Shown here in pieces: positions 55,982-64,000 of a DNA stretch of 64,000 bases. This DNA is from Candidatus Eiseniibacteriota bacterium (GTDB lineage Bacteria > Eisenbacteria > RBG-16-71-46). The translations under genes and the position numbers were made by a program. The DNA lies in the NCBI GenBank assembly GCA_044223005.1, contig JBGAML010000001.1, positions 224,001 through 288,000 of the forward strand, read 5' to 3'. Positions within the stretch are counted from its first letter, which is position 1. Each line of letters begins with the position of its first letter. The notes below the pieces were generated by a model. It did no database searches. It had not been told where the DNA came from and worked only from the letters and a program-made list of their open reading frames with translations.

Positions 55982-58357
55982 TCAGGCGCGCGTGCGCCGC
56001 CCCGCCAGCAGCCGCAGGCCGTTCAGGATGACGACGACCGTGCTGCCTTCGTGACCCGAGACGGCGATCGGGAGCTTGAGCTGGCCGAACGGTGATTGCG
56101 GCCCGATGAACACCCACGTCACGAGCGCCAGCATCACGCCGGTGGCGATCACGAGGTTCTGGATCACGACGCGATTGGCTCGCTGGGCCAGCCGCACGGC
56201 GTACGGCAGCGCGGTGAGATCGTCGGCCATCAGCACGACGTCGGCGCTCTCCATCGCAGCATCGCTGCCGATGCCGCCCATCGCGATGCCGACGCTCGCG
56301 CGCGCCAGCGCGGGCGCGTCGTTGACGCCGTCGCCGACCATCGCGACCGCGCCGTGCGCCTTCTCGAGATCGGCGATCACGCGCACCTTGTCCTCGGGTA
56401 GCAGGTGCCCGTGCTGTTCGTCGACGCCCGTGCGCCGGGCGATCGCCTGCACGGTGTGCTCGTTGTCGCCGGACAGCACGGCGAGGCGCGAGACGCCCAG
56501 CGACCGCAGCGCCTGCACGGTGCCGGCGGAGGTCGGCCGCACCTGGTCCGCCGCCGCGAGCACTCCCCACGTTCCGTTGGAGTGCACGATCATCGCCGTC
56601 TTCGCGTCTTCCGCGAATGCGTCGATGCGCGCGATCGCCTCGGCCGGCGGCGTGAGGCCCAGCGACGCGAAGAGCTCCGGCGTGCCGACTTCGATCGTGG
56701 CGCCACCGTGCTTCGCGACGAGTCCCTTGCCGAGGTGATTCACCATCTGCTCGGCCGGCTCGAAGCTCACGCGACGCGCCTCGGCCGCGCGCACCACCGC
56801 CTGAGCGAGCGGGTGCGGCGAGCGCTTCTCGGCGCACGCGGCCAGCTGCAGCAGCGTCTCCTCGGTCGCCCCGCCCAGCGGCACCACGTCCGTCACCTCG
56901 AAGCGGCCGTGCGTCAGCGTGCCGGTCTTGTCGAACGCGATCACGCGGATGCGGCCGAGGCCCTCGAGGAAGCGGCCGCCCTTGAAGAGAATGCCGTTGC
57001 GCGCCGCATTGGCGATCGCCGACAGGATGGTCGCCGGCGTCGCGATCACGAGCGCACAGGGCGAGGCCACCACGAGCAGCGTCATCGCGCGGTAGAGCGC
57101 ACCGGTGGTGCCGCTCCACGGCAGGTGGAACACGAACAGCGACAACCCGAGCATGAGCGCGGCCGCGACGATCACCACGATCGTGTAGTAGCGGCCCACC
57201 CACTCGGCGACTTCCTCGGTGCGCGACTTCTGCTCCTGCGCCTCGCGCACGAGCGCCACGATGCGCGCGAGCGTGCTGTTCGCCGCGGCGCGGGTGGCGG
57301 TGATCTCGAGCGCCCCGTGCTGGTTGAGCGTGCCGGCGAACACCTTGTCGCCGACCTGCTTCTCGACCGGCACCGACTCGCCCGTGAGGCTGCTCTGGTC
57401 CACGAGCGACGTGCCTCGCGCGACGGTGCCATCCACCGCGAACGCCTCGCCCGGCTTGACGATCACCGTATCGCCCACGCGGATCGCCTCGGCCTCGACC
57501 TCGATCTCGCGGCCGTCGCGGCGCACGAGGGCGCGCGCGGGGCGCAGCTCCATGAGCGCCTGCAGCGCGTGGCGCGTGCGGCCCATGGTGTAGACCTCGA
57601 GCGTGTTGCTGAGCGAGAAGAGGAACATCAGCACCGCGGCTTCGAAGATCGCACCCGTCGCCGCCGCGCCGACCGCGGCCAGGATCATGAGCAGGTTGAC
57701 GTCGAACTTGAACCGCCGCAGGGCGTCGAACGTGCTGCGCGTGGCGAACCAGCCGCCCGCCACCGCCGCGACCCCGTAGAGCACGTGCGCGATCGGGCTC
57801 TCCTTCGCGACCAGGTGCTCGACCGCGACGCCCGCGAGCATCGCCACGAAGCAGACGATCGTCAGGACGATCATCGCCCGGCCCTCGGCGTGCTCTTCCT
57901 CCTCTTCCGGAGTGAACGGCACGCCCCACGGCTTGTCGGAGAGCGGCCGGACCACCTCGACCCCGTGTTCGCTCATGTCGCGCCGGGAGATGCGCACGAA
58001 GCCGTGCGACGCCATCGCCTGGAACTGCGCCGTCGCTTCCGCCGGCAGCCGCCCGAAGCGCAGCGCGCACTCGGGGCAGGCGTCCGCGGTCTCGCGGCGC
58101 TCGCAGGACGTCACGCGCTGCGAGAACACCGCGCCGACGTCCTCCGCGAACGCGTTCAGCTGATCGGGCGTGACGCTCGAGGGCTCGTAGCGCACCGACA
58201 GCGTACTGGCGCGGAAATCGGCTTCGATCGCGATCACGCCGGGCCATTCGCGCAGGCGGTCGGCGAGGATTTCGATGCAGCCCTCACCCTCGGCGGGCAG
58301 GGTCGTGACGACGGGCGCCGGAGGCGCGGCAGGCCTGCGTGTGTGGTCGTGCGGCAT
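55982..58357 (-). CDS. Heavy-metal P1B-type ATPase, P1B-4 subtype (Fe2+/Co2+/Zn2+ efflux)
   Basis: TGES, VVASPCALV, DKTGTLT, HP, GDGVNDAP and HEGST; N-terminal HMA-like region with CxxC. Confidence 0.92.
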   Translation of the reverse strand: MPHDHTRRPAAPPAPVVTTLPAEGEGCIEILADRLREWPGVIAIEADFRASTLSVRYEPSSVTPDQLNAFAEDVGAVFSQRVTSCERRETADACPECALRFGRLPAEATAQFQAMASHGFVRISRRDMSEHGVEVVRPLSDKPWGVPFTPEEEEEHAEGRAMIVLTIVCFVAMLAGVAVEHLVAKESPIAHVLYGVAAVAGGWFATRSTFDALRRFKFDVNLLMILAAVGAAATGAIFEAAVLMFLFSLSNTLEVYTMGRTRHALQALMELRPARALVRRDGREIEVEAEAIRVGDTVIVKPGEAFAVDGTVARGTSLVDQSSLTGESVPVEKQVGDKVFAGTLNQHGALEITATRAAANSTLARIVALVREAQEQKSRTEEVAEWVGRYYTIVVIVAAALMLGLSLFVFHLPWSGTTGALYRAMTLLVVASPCALVIATPATILSAIANAARNGILFKGGRFLEGLGRIRVIAFDKTGTLTHGRFEVTDVVPLGGATEETLLQLAACAEKRSPHPLAQAVVRAAEARRVSFEPAEQMVNHLGKGLVAKHGGATIEVGTPELFASLGLTPPAEAIARIDAFAEDAKTAMIVHSNGTWGVLAAADQVRPTSAGTVQALRSLGVSRLAVLSGDNEHTVQAIARRTGVDEQHGHLLPEDKVRVIADLEKAHGAVAMVGDGVNDAPALARASVGIAMGGIGSDAAMESADVVLMADDLTALPYAVRLAQRANRVVIQNLVIATGVMLALVTWVFIGPQSPFGQLKLPIAVSGHEGSTVVVILNGLRLLAGRRTRA

Positions 58358-58493
58358 GCGCGCGAAGATACACGTCCGCCGCCGATCCCGCCCGCGTGAG
58401 CGATGCGACGCGACGGCATTTTGCGATGACTTGATCGAGCGTGATCGCTTTCGCCGTTTCCGCCGCAGTCATGCGCCTTTAGGATACCGGCCC

Positions 58494-59624
58494 ATGCGCC
58501 CCCTCCCGCAGACCGGCCGCCGCGCGATCGCGTGGCTCGTCCTCGTCGCGATCGCCGTATGGCCACTCGCGACGGGTTGTTCGAAGAAGAAATCGCCCAC
58601 CGCGCCCGTCGCAGGAGCGAGCCGCTCCTACTTCATGGGCTTCGCGAACATACCGCCCTCGATGGATTCGGCCACCGCCGTGAACGCGGTGCTCATGTGG
58701 GCGAACCGGGCAGACGCCGCGATCTGGCACAGCGGAGTGCCGTGGGACTCGCTGCTCGCCGGCGTGCCACCGCAGGTACTCGCCGCGCACGAGATCCAGG
58801 GACTCGAACCCTTCTGGCGCGGGCACGGCATGACGATCACCTACGAGATCGATCCCACCAACGGCCTCAACCGTGGCGAGGAAGATCCCGCGCTGGTGAA
58901 GGCTGGCCGCAGCATCGCCGAGCCGGCGATCCAGGCGCTCTTCCTGCGCTGGGCGACCGCGATCGACTCGCTGCTCGTGCCCGACTATCTCGGGCTCGCC
59001 TCGGAGACGAACCTCGTGCGGGCCGCGGCGCCGGCGCCGGTTTATGCGGCACTCGTACAGCTCGCGAATCGCACGGCGGATTCGCTCGCGGTGCGGCACG
59101 CGGCGTGGCACCGGGCGCGCGATCCGATCCTCTACTCCACCGTGCAGGTCGAGGTCGCGTGGGGCCGGCTGGGTGGGGCGGGCTCGTACGTCGGCGTCAC
59201 GACCGATCTCGCGGATTTCCACTTCGCAGGCGTCTACGGACTCTCGGCCTATCCGTATCTCGGCGGGTTCGCCGAACCCGAATCGCTGCCGCCCGACTAC
59301 TACTCGCGAGTCGCACAGCAGCTCGGCAAGCCGGTGATGATCGTGGAGGGCGGCTGGACCACCGCCACCGGCAACGGCGTCGTGTCGGACCAGCTGAAGC
59401 AGGCGCGCTACGTCCACGAGCAGGGAAAGCGGCTGCAGGCCGCGCACGCGTTCGGCTGGTACCAGCTCACGTTCACGGATCTCGACCTCGCGAACTACCC
59501 GCCCCCACCGCCCGGCACGTCGCTCGAACCCTTCGCGCACTGCGGCCTGGTCGACATCCACCTCGTGCCGAAACCCGCGCTCTCCCCCTGGGACAGCCTG
59601 TACGACCTGCCGCACGTGAAGTAG
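58494..59624 (+). CDS. Lipoprotein, putative clan GH-A (TIM-barrel) glycoside hydrolase
   Basis: Lipobox LATGC; YLGLASETN, GLSAYPY and KPVMIVEGGW (two Glu in GH-A-like contexts). Confidence 0.65.
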   Translation: MRPLPQTGRRAIAWLVLVAIAVWPLATGCSKKKSPTAPVAGASRSYFMGFANIPPSMDSATAVNAVLMWANRADAAIWHSGVPWDSLLAGVPPQVLAAHEIQGLEPFWRGHGMTITYEIDPTNGLNRGEEDPALVKAGRSIAEPAIQALFLRWATAIDSLLVPDYLGLASETNLVRAAAPAPVYAALVQLANRTADSLAVRHAAWHRARDPILYSTVQVEVAWGRLGGAGSYVGVTTDLADFHFAGVYGLSAYPYLGGFAEPESLPPDYYSRVAQQLGKPVMIVEGGWTTATGNGVVSDQLKQARYVHEQGKRLQAAHAFGWYQLTFTDLDLANYPPPPPGTSLEPFAHCGLVDIHLVPKPALSPWDSLYDLPHVK

Positions 59625-59629
59625 GCGGA

Positions 59630-59687
59630 CCCGCGAAACGCGAACGGCCCGGGAGCGCGTGCTTCCGGGCCGTTTGTGTTTCGCGGG
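59630..59687. terminator. Long bidirectional terminator hairpin
   Basis: CCCGCGAAACGCGAACGGCCCGGGAGC-GCGT-GCTTCCGGGCCGTTTGTGTTTCGCGGG (with G-U pairs) between convergent genes. Confidence 0.78.
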
Positions 59688-59690
59688 CCG

Positions 59691-61277
59691 TCAGTGCGCG
59701 TCGGAGCCGCCGCGCATGCGCTTCTTGTCCCACTTGAGCGTCAGGATCAGCGGGATCGCGATCAGGAAGTGCAGTCCGAAGATCAGGAAGATGTGCTCGA
59801 ACGAGATCATCGCCGACTGGCGCTGCACGGCGCCGGCGACCGAGGCGATCGCCTTCATCCGCGCCACCTCCATCGCGTCGCCGCGGGCCATGAGCGAACG
59901 CATGGTCGCCTCGACGCGCGCCGCGGTGACGGGGTTGTACATCGACACGTGCTCGGACAACGCCGCGCGCGTTTCGGCGCCGTAGCGCGCGACGAACGTG
60001 GCCGACAGCGCGATGCCGATGCTGCCGCCGAGCTGGCGCATGAGGTTGTAGAGGCCGGTCGCGGGCGCGATCTTGGACATGGGCAGCTCGAGCATCGCCA
60101 GGTTGTTGAGCGGCACGAACACCAGGCCCAGCGCGAACCCGCGCAGGATCAGCGGCCAGAAGAAGTCGTCCATGCCGCTCTCGGTCGTGAAGTGCGACCA
60201 CTGCCACATGGCGATCGCGAACAGGAGCGCGCCGAGGCTCGCGATCGCCCGGGCATCCACCTTCCCGAGCAGTCGCGCCATGAGCACCATGGTGAACGCC
60301 GACGCGAGCGCGCCCGGCAGGATCACGAGGCCTGTCTGGTTGGCGGTGAAATGCAGCAGCTGCTGCAGGTAGACCGGCAGCACGAAGACGGTCGCGTACA
60401 GGCACAGCCCGAGGATGCCGCCCAGGATCGCGCCGGTTCCGAACTGGCGGTTGCCGAGGATGCGCAGGTCGATGACGGGGTGTTCGGTGGTCAGTTCGTG
60501 CCAGACGAAGGCCGTCAGCGAGGTGATGCTGACGATCGCGTAGGTGATGATCTCCTGGGACGCGAACCAATCCTGGCGCTCGCCGCGTTCGAGCAGCGTC
60601 TGCAGCGTGCCGATGCCCAGCGCGAGCAGGATCAGCCCGGCCCAGTCCGTGTCGCCCACCTTCTGCGCGAAGCGCGAGTTCTTGATGTAGCGGAGCGACA
60701 GGATGAACGCCATCACGCCGAACGGCAGGTTGATGTAGAAGATCCACGGCCACGAGAACGTGTCCGTGATGTACCCGCCCAGCGTCGGGCCCAGCGTCGG
60801 GCCGACCATCACGCCGACGCCGAAGATCGCCATGGCCTGCCCGTACTCCGAGGGCGGGAACACCTCGTAGAGGATCGCCTGCGAGGTCGAGAGCAGCGCG
60901 CCGCCGCCGATGCCCTGGAGGATGCGCCAGACCACGAGCTCGGTCAGCGTGTGCGAGTTGCCGCAGAAGAACGACGCCAGCGTGAACAGGGCGATCGAGC
61001 CGGCGAAGTAGCGCTGCCGCCCGAAGTACGCCGACAGCCAGCCGGTGATGGGCAGCACGATCACGTTCGCCACGATGTAGCCCGTGGACACCCAGGCGAT
61101 CTCGTCGAGCGTCGCGCCGAGCGTTCCCATCATGTGCGGGATCGCGACGTTGACGATGCTCGTGTCGAGGATCTCGAGGATGGACGCGAACGTCACCGTG
61201 ATCGCGATGATCCAGCGATTCCGGTACGCCTCGTCGGCCATCCGCGCCTGGACGGTGGGGAACGTGGTCGCCGCCAT
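59691..61277 (-). CDS. emrB: DHA2 (EmrB/QacA) MFS multidrug transporter
   Basis: LDTSIVNVAIP, WVSTGY, RILQGIGGG, GPTLGG, WIFYINLP and RQLGGSIG. Confidence 0.93.
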   Translation of the reverse strand: MAATTFPTVQARMADEAYRNRWIIAITVTFASILEILDTSIVNVAIPHMMGTLGATLDEIAWVSTGYIVANVIVLPITGWLSAYFGRQRYFAGSIALFTLASFFCGNSHTLTELVVWRILQGIGGGALLSTSQAILYEVFPPSEYGQAMAIFGVGVMVGPTLGPTLGGYITDTFSWPWIFYINLPFGVMAFILSLRYIKNSRFAQKVGDTDWAGLILLALGIGTLQTLLERGERQDWFASQEIITYAIVSITSLTAFVWHELTTEHPVIDLRILGNRQFGTGAILGGILGLCLYATVFVLPVYLQQLLHFTANQTGLVILPGALASAFTMVLMARLLGKVDARAIASLGALLFAIAMWQWSHFTTESGMDDFFWPLILRGFALGLVFVPLNNLAMLELPMSKIAPATGLYNLMRQLGGSIGIALSATFVARYGAETRAALSEHVSMYNPVTAARVEATMRSLMARGDAMEVARMKAIASVAGAVQRQSAMISFEHIFLIFGLHFLIAIPLILTLKWDKKRMRGGSDAH

Positions 61278-61279
61278 GG

Positions 61280-62344
61280 TTACTTGTTCCCGCTGGTGGT
61301 GATCGTGATCTGCGTGCTCATGCCCGGACGCAGCGGCCGCTCGGGCGCGCCGGCATCCGTGATCGCGATGCGCACCGGGATGTGCTGCACGACGTGCGTG
61401 TAGTTGCCCGTCGCGTTGTCGGGCGGCAGCAGCGAGAACTTGGCGCCCGTCGCGGGGCTGAAGCTCTGCACCTTGCCCTGCACGGGGTGACCGGGATACG
61501 CGTCGACGGCGATCTTGACCGGGTCGCCCACGCGCACGTGCTCGATCTCGGTCTCCTTGAGGTTCGCAGTGACGTGCAGGTCCTCGGTCGACACGACGGC
61601 CAGCAGCGACTGGCCCGCCTGCAGGTACTGGCCCACCTCGACGTTCTTGCGCGACACCACGCCGCTCACCGGCGCGACGATCTTCGTGTACGAGAGCGTC
61701 AGCGCGGCCTGGTCCCGCATGGCCTTGGCCGCCTGCAGCCGCGCGTCGGCGCCCTGCCAACCGGCCTGCGCCGCGAGCACCTGCTTGCGCGCCGCGTCCA
61801 GCGCGGCCGCAGCGGCCGCATCGGCGGCCACGGCCGCGTCGAGCTGCTGCCGGCTCACGATGTTGCGCGACGACAGCGTGCGATAGCGCTCGGCGTCGCT
61901 GTGTGCGCGCGTCGCGTTCGCCTCGGCCTGCGCCACTTGCGCCTTCGCGGCGGCGAGCTGCGCCTCCGCCTGGCCGGGCCGGCCCTTGGCGCCAGCCGTG
62001 GCGAGCGCCGCAGCGTAGTCCGCCTCGGCCTGCGCGAGCTTGGCCTTCTGCTCGCGATCGTCGAGCTGCACGAGCAGGTCGCCGGCCTTCACGCCCTGGT
62101 TCTCGGACACCGCGACCGTCGCCACGAAGCCCGACACGCGCGTCACGGTCGGGACGACGTCACCCTCGACCTCGGCGTTGTCGGTGCTCACGTGCGTGCG
62201 CCCCCACATCCACTGGCGCACGCCGAGGCTCAGGCCGACGATCGCCGCCACGATCAGGACGCCACGTACGATCAGCTGCTTGTTGCCCGCCGCGGGCTTC
62301 GCCACGGCGGCGGGAGTTTCCATGGTTTCCGTATTTGCCGTCAT
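61280..62344 (-). CDS. emrA: EmrA/HlyD-family membrane fusion protein
   Basis: STDNA.V, I.APVSG, ANLKET, ATGAKFSLLPPDNATGNY and LRPGMS; GGAG RBS. Confidence 0.92.
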   Translation of the reverse strand: MTANTETMETPAAVAKPAAGNKQLIVRGVLIVAAIVGLSLGVRQWMWGRTHVSTDNAEVEGDVVPTVTRVSGFVATVAVSENQGVKAGDLLVQLDDREQKAKLAQAEADYAAALATAGAKGRPGQAEAQLAAAKAQVAQAEANATRAHSDAERYRTLSSRNIVSRQQLDAAVAADAAAAAALDAARKQVLAAQAGWQGADARLQAAKAMRDQAALTLSYTKIVAPVSGVVSRKNVEVGQYLQAGQSLLAVVSTEDLHVTANLKETEIEHVRVGDPVKIAVDAYPGHPVQGKVQSFSPATGAKFSLLPPDNATGNYTHVVQHIPVRIAITDAGAPERPLRPGMSTQITITTSGNK

Positions 62345-62369
62345 GAAAGGGCTCCTCCCCGTCCGGGCT

Positions 62370-63719
62370 TCAGTGAACGTCGCGCGCCACACCGGTGGCG
62401 CGAGCGAGTGAGACGCGAGCGCTGGCGACCGCGAAGCGGGCGTCGACGTCGGCGTCCCGCGCGCGCACCAGCGAAGCCTGCGCGTTGATGACTTCGATGT
62501 TGCCGGCGACGCCGCTCGTGAACCGCTCGGTCGCCTGCGAGACTTCCTCGCGCGCGAGCTCGAGCCGCTGCGACGCGATCCGGAGCTGGTCCTGCCCGCT
62601 CGCGAGGTCGAGCAGCGCGCCCGACACGTCGGCTTCGACCTGGTCGCGCAGGTCCTTCTCGCGCACTTCCGATTCGCGCTCGATCGCGCGCTGTTCGGCG
62701 ATCTTGCCCTCGCGACGGAAGCCGTCCACGAGCGGCAGCGTGAGCGCCAAGGCGTAGCTGTAGGTGTTGATCGCGTCGCCGAAGTGTTCGCCGCTGCGGC
62801 CCCAGTCGGCCGACACGTCGAGGCGCGGGATGCGCTCGCGGGCCGTCGCCGAGCGGTCGGCGCGGGCCTTCGCGAGCCGCGCCTGCTCGCCCCGCAGCTC
62901 GTCGCGGTGCTCGAGCGCGAACGCGATGGCCTCGGGTTCCGATCCGGGCGCGCCGCTCGCCGCCATCTCGGCGCTCAGCGTGTCCGCGACTTCGATCGGC
63001 GTCGCCGGGTCCAGGCCCAGCGCCCGCGCAAGGTCGATCCGCGCACGATCGCGCTGGTTGCGTGCGATCGCGAGCGCGCCTTCGGACGCCGCCACCTGCG
63101 TGCGGGCACGCGTCACGTCGATCGACGGCGAGGTGCCCGCCTGCAGCTGCGCCTCCGCGAGCCCTTCGAGCGTCTTCGCGAGTTCGAGGTCCTCGGCGCG
63201 CGCGCGTTCCACCGCCGCGGCCCGTGTGGCGCGCAGGTAGGCGAGAGCCGCACCCTGCGCCGCCGCCTCGCTCGTGACCCCGAGATCGGCGCGCGCACCG
63301 AGCACGCCCAGCCGCGACGCCCGCACCTTCTGCCAGGTCGAGAGGTCGACGAGCGGCTGCGAGACCTTGACCCGCGCCTCGGAGTCGTACACCGGTCCCT
63401 GCAGCGCCGGATACGGCGCCTGCCCGGGCGCGGTCGGCAGCGAGATGCCGAGCGCATAGAGGTTGAACGTGCGATCCACCATGCTGACTTGTCCGGTCAC
63501 CGAGGGCAGCAGGCCCGCGCGCGCCTGCGACACGCGCGCGGTGGCCTCGTCGGCCTTGAGGTGCGCGGTGGCGACACCGGCGCTCCGTTGCGCGGCGACG
63601 GAGACGGCCTCGGCGAGCGTCAGGCGCTGCGGAGCTTCGGCGGCCGCGGCCACGGCGGCGGTCGCGGCGAGCGCGATCGCGGCGAGGGCGGCGATGCTCC
63701 AGGCGTGGGAACGGCTCAT
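62370..63719 (-). CDS. TolC-family outer-membrane efflux protein
   Basis: Signal peptide, LTLAEAV, LLPSV and OEP repeats; AAGGAGG RBS. Confidence 0.9.
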   Translation of the reverse strand: MSRSHAWSIAALAAIALAATAAVAAAAEAPQRLTLAEAVSVAAQRSAGVATAHLKADEATARVSQARAGLLPSVTGQVSMVDRTFNLYALGISLPTAPGQAPYPALQGPVYDSEARVKVSQPLVDLSTWQKVRASRLGVLGARADLGVTSEAAAQGAALAYLRATRAAAVERARAEDLELAKTLEGLAEAQLQAGTSPSIDVTRARTQVAASEGALAIARNQRDRARIDLARALGLDPATPIEVADTLSAEMAASGAPGSEPEAIAFALEHRDELRGEQARLAKARADRSATARERIPRLDVSADWGRSGEHFGDAINTYSYALALTLPLVDGFRREGKIAEQRAIERESEVREKDLRDQVEADVSGALLDLASGQDQLRIASQRLELAREEVSQATERFTSGVAGNIEVINAQASLVRARDADVDARFAVASARVSLARATGVARDVH

Positions 63720-64000
63720 GCTTGCGATCCTCCTTCCGCCCCGCGGGCGATGCCCCGCAGGAGCGTCTGCAACCAGGCTTCGAAATAGCGATCGATGTCG
63801 ATGTTGGTCTGGACGTGTGCGCAGAACGAGTGCTTCCACAGCGAGGCGACGAGCATCGGCGCGCTGGCGAGCAGCGCGACCGACTCGACGTCGATGTCGG
63901 CGAACTCGCCGCGCTCGACACCACGGCGCAGGACGCGGGCGAGCAGCGCCTGGCTGCGGGTGACGACTTCCTCGTGGTAGAAGCGAGAGAGGTCCGGGAA
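63716..64000 (-). CDS. TetR/AcrR-family regulator, C-terminal part (start outside the window)
   Basis: My translation FPDLSRFYHEEVV...RVLRRGVERGEF..DVE...LLRGI-stop; ATGA overlap with the tolC-like gene. Confidence 0.8.
   Translation of the reverse strand, partial: FPDLSRFYHEEVVTRSQALLARVLRRGVERGEFADIDVESVALLASAPMLVASLWKHSFCAHVQTNIDIDRYFEAWLQTLLRGIARGAEGGSQA

Overview
A very GC-rich bacterial chromosome segment from a diderm organism. Two large secreted proteins end in a T9SS/FlgD-like C-terminal sorting domain, which suggests an FCB-group relative such as Candidatus Eisenbacteria (inference only). I can support about 47 genes and saw no rRNA, tRNA, CRISPR array or transposase. Housekeeping and signalling genes are acs, pfkA, arginase, two PAS hybrid histidine kinases, an ada/alkA-ogt-photolyase repair cluster and an EmrAB-TolC-type pump with a TetR regulator. 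Metal and redox genes are a DtxR-feoA-feoB operon, a CusCBA-type RND system, a P1B-4 ATPase and a four-gene electron-transfer operon. Three leads stand out. (1) A Cys/His-rich secreted leader ORF ending in a RAPP ribosome-arrest motif lies upstream of the copper efflux operon, and its RAPP codons carry a perfect anti-Shine-Dalgarno for the next gene. (2) An apparent cytoplasm-to-surface electron conduit combines a cytochrome-b-like membrane protein, a circularly permuted ferredoxin-flavoprotein, a 20-heme cytochrome and an outer-membrane beta-barrel. (3) A DtxR-family repressor with a C-terminal four-Cys tail heads the feo operon. Start codons were chosen by eye from RBS, overlap and protein plausibility. 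Most long ORFs in the supplied track are GC-rich shadow frames.
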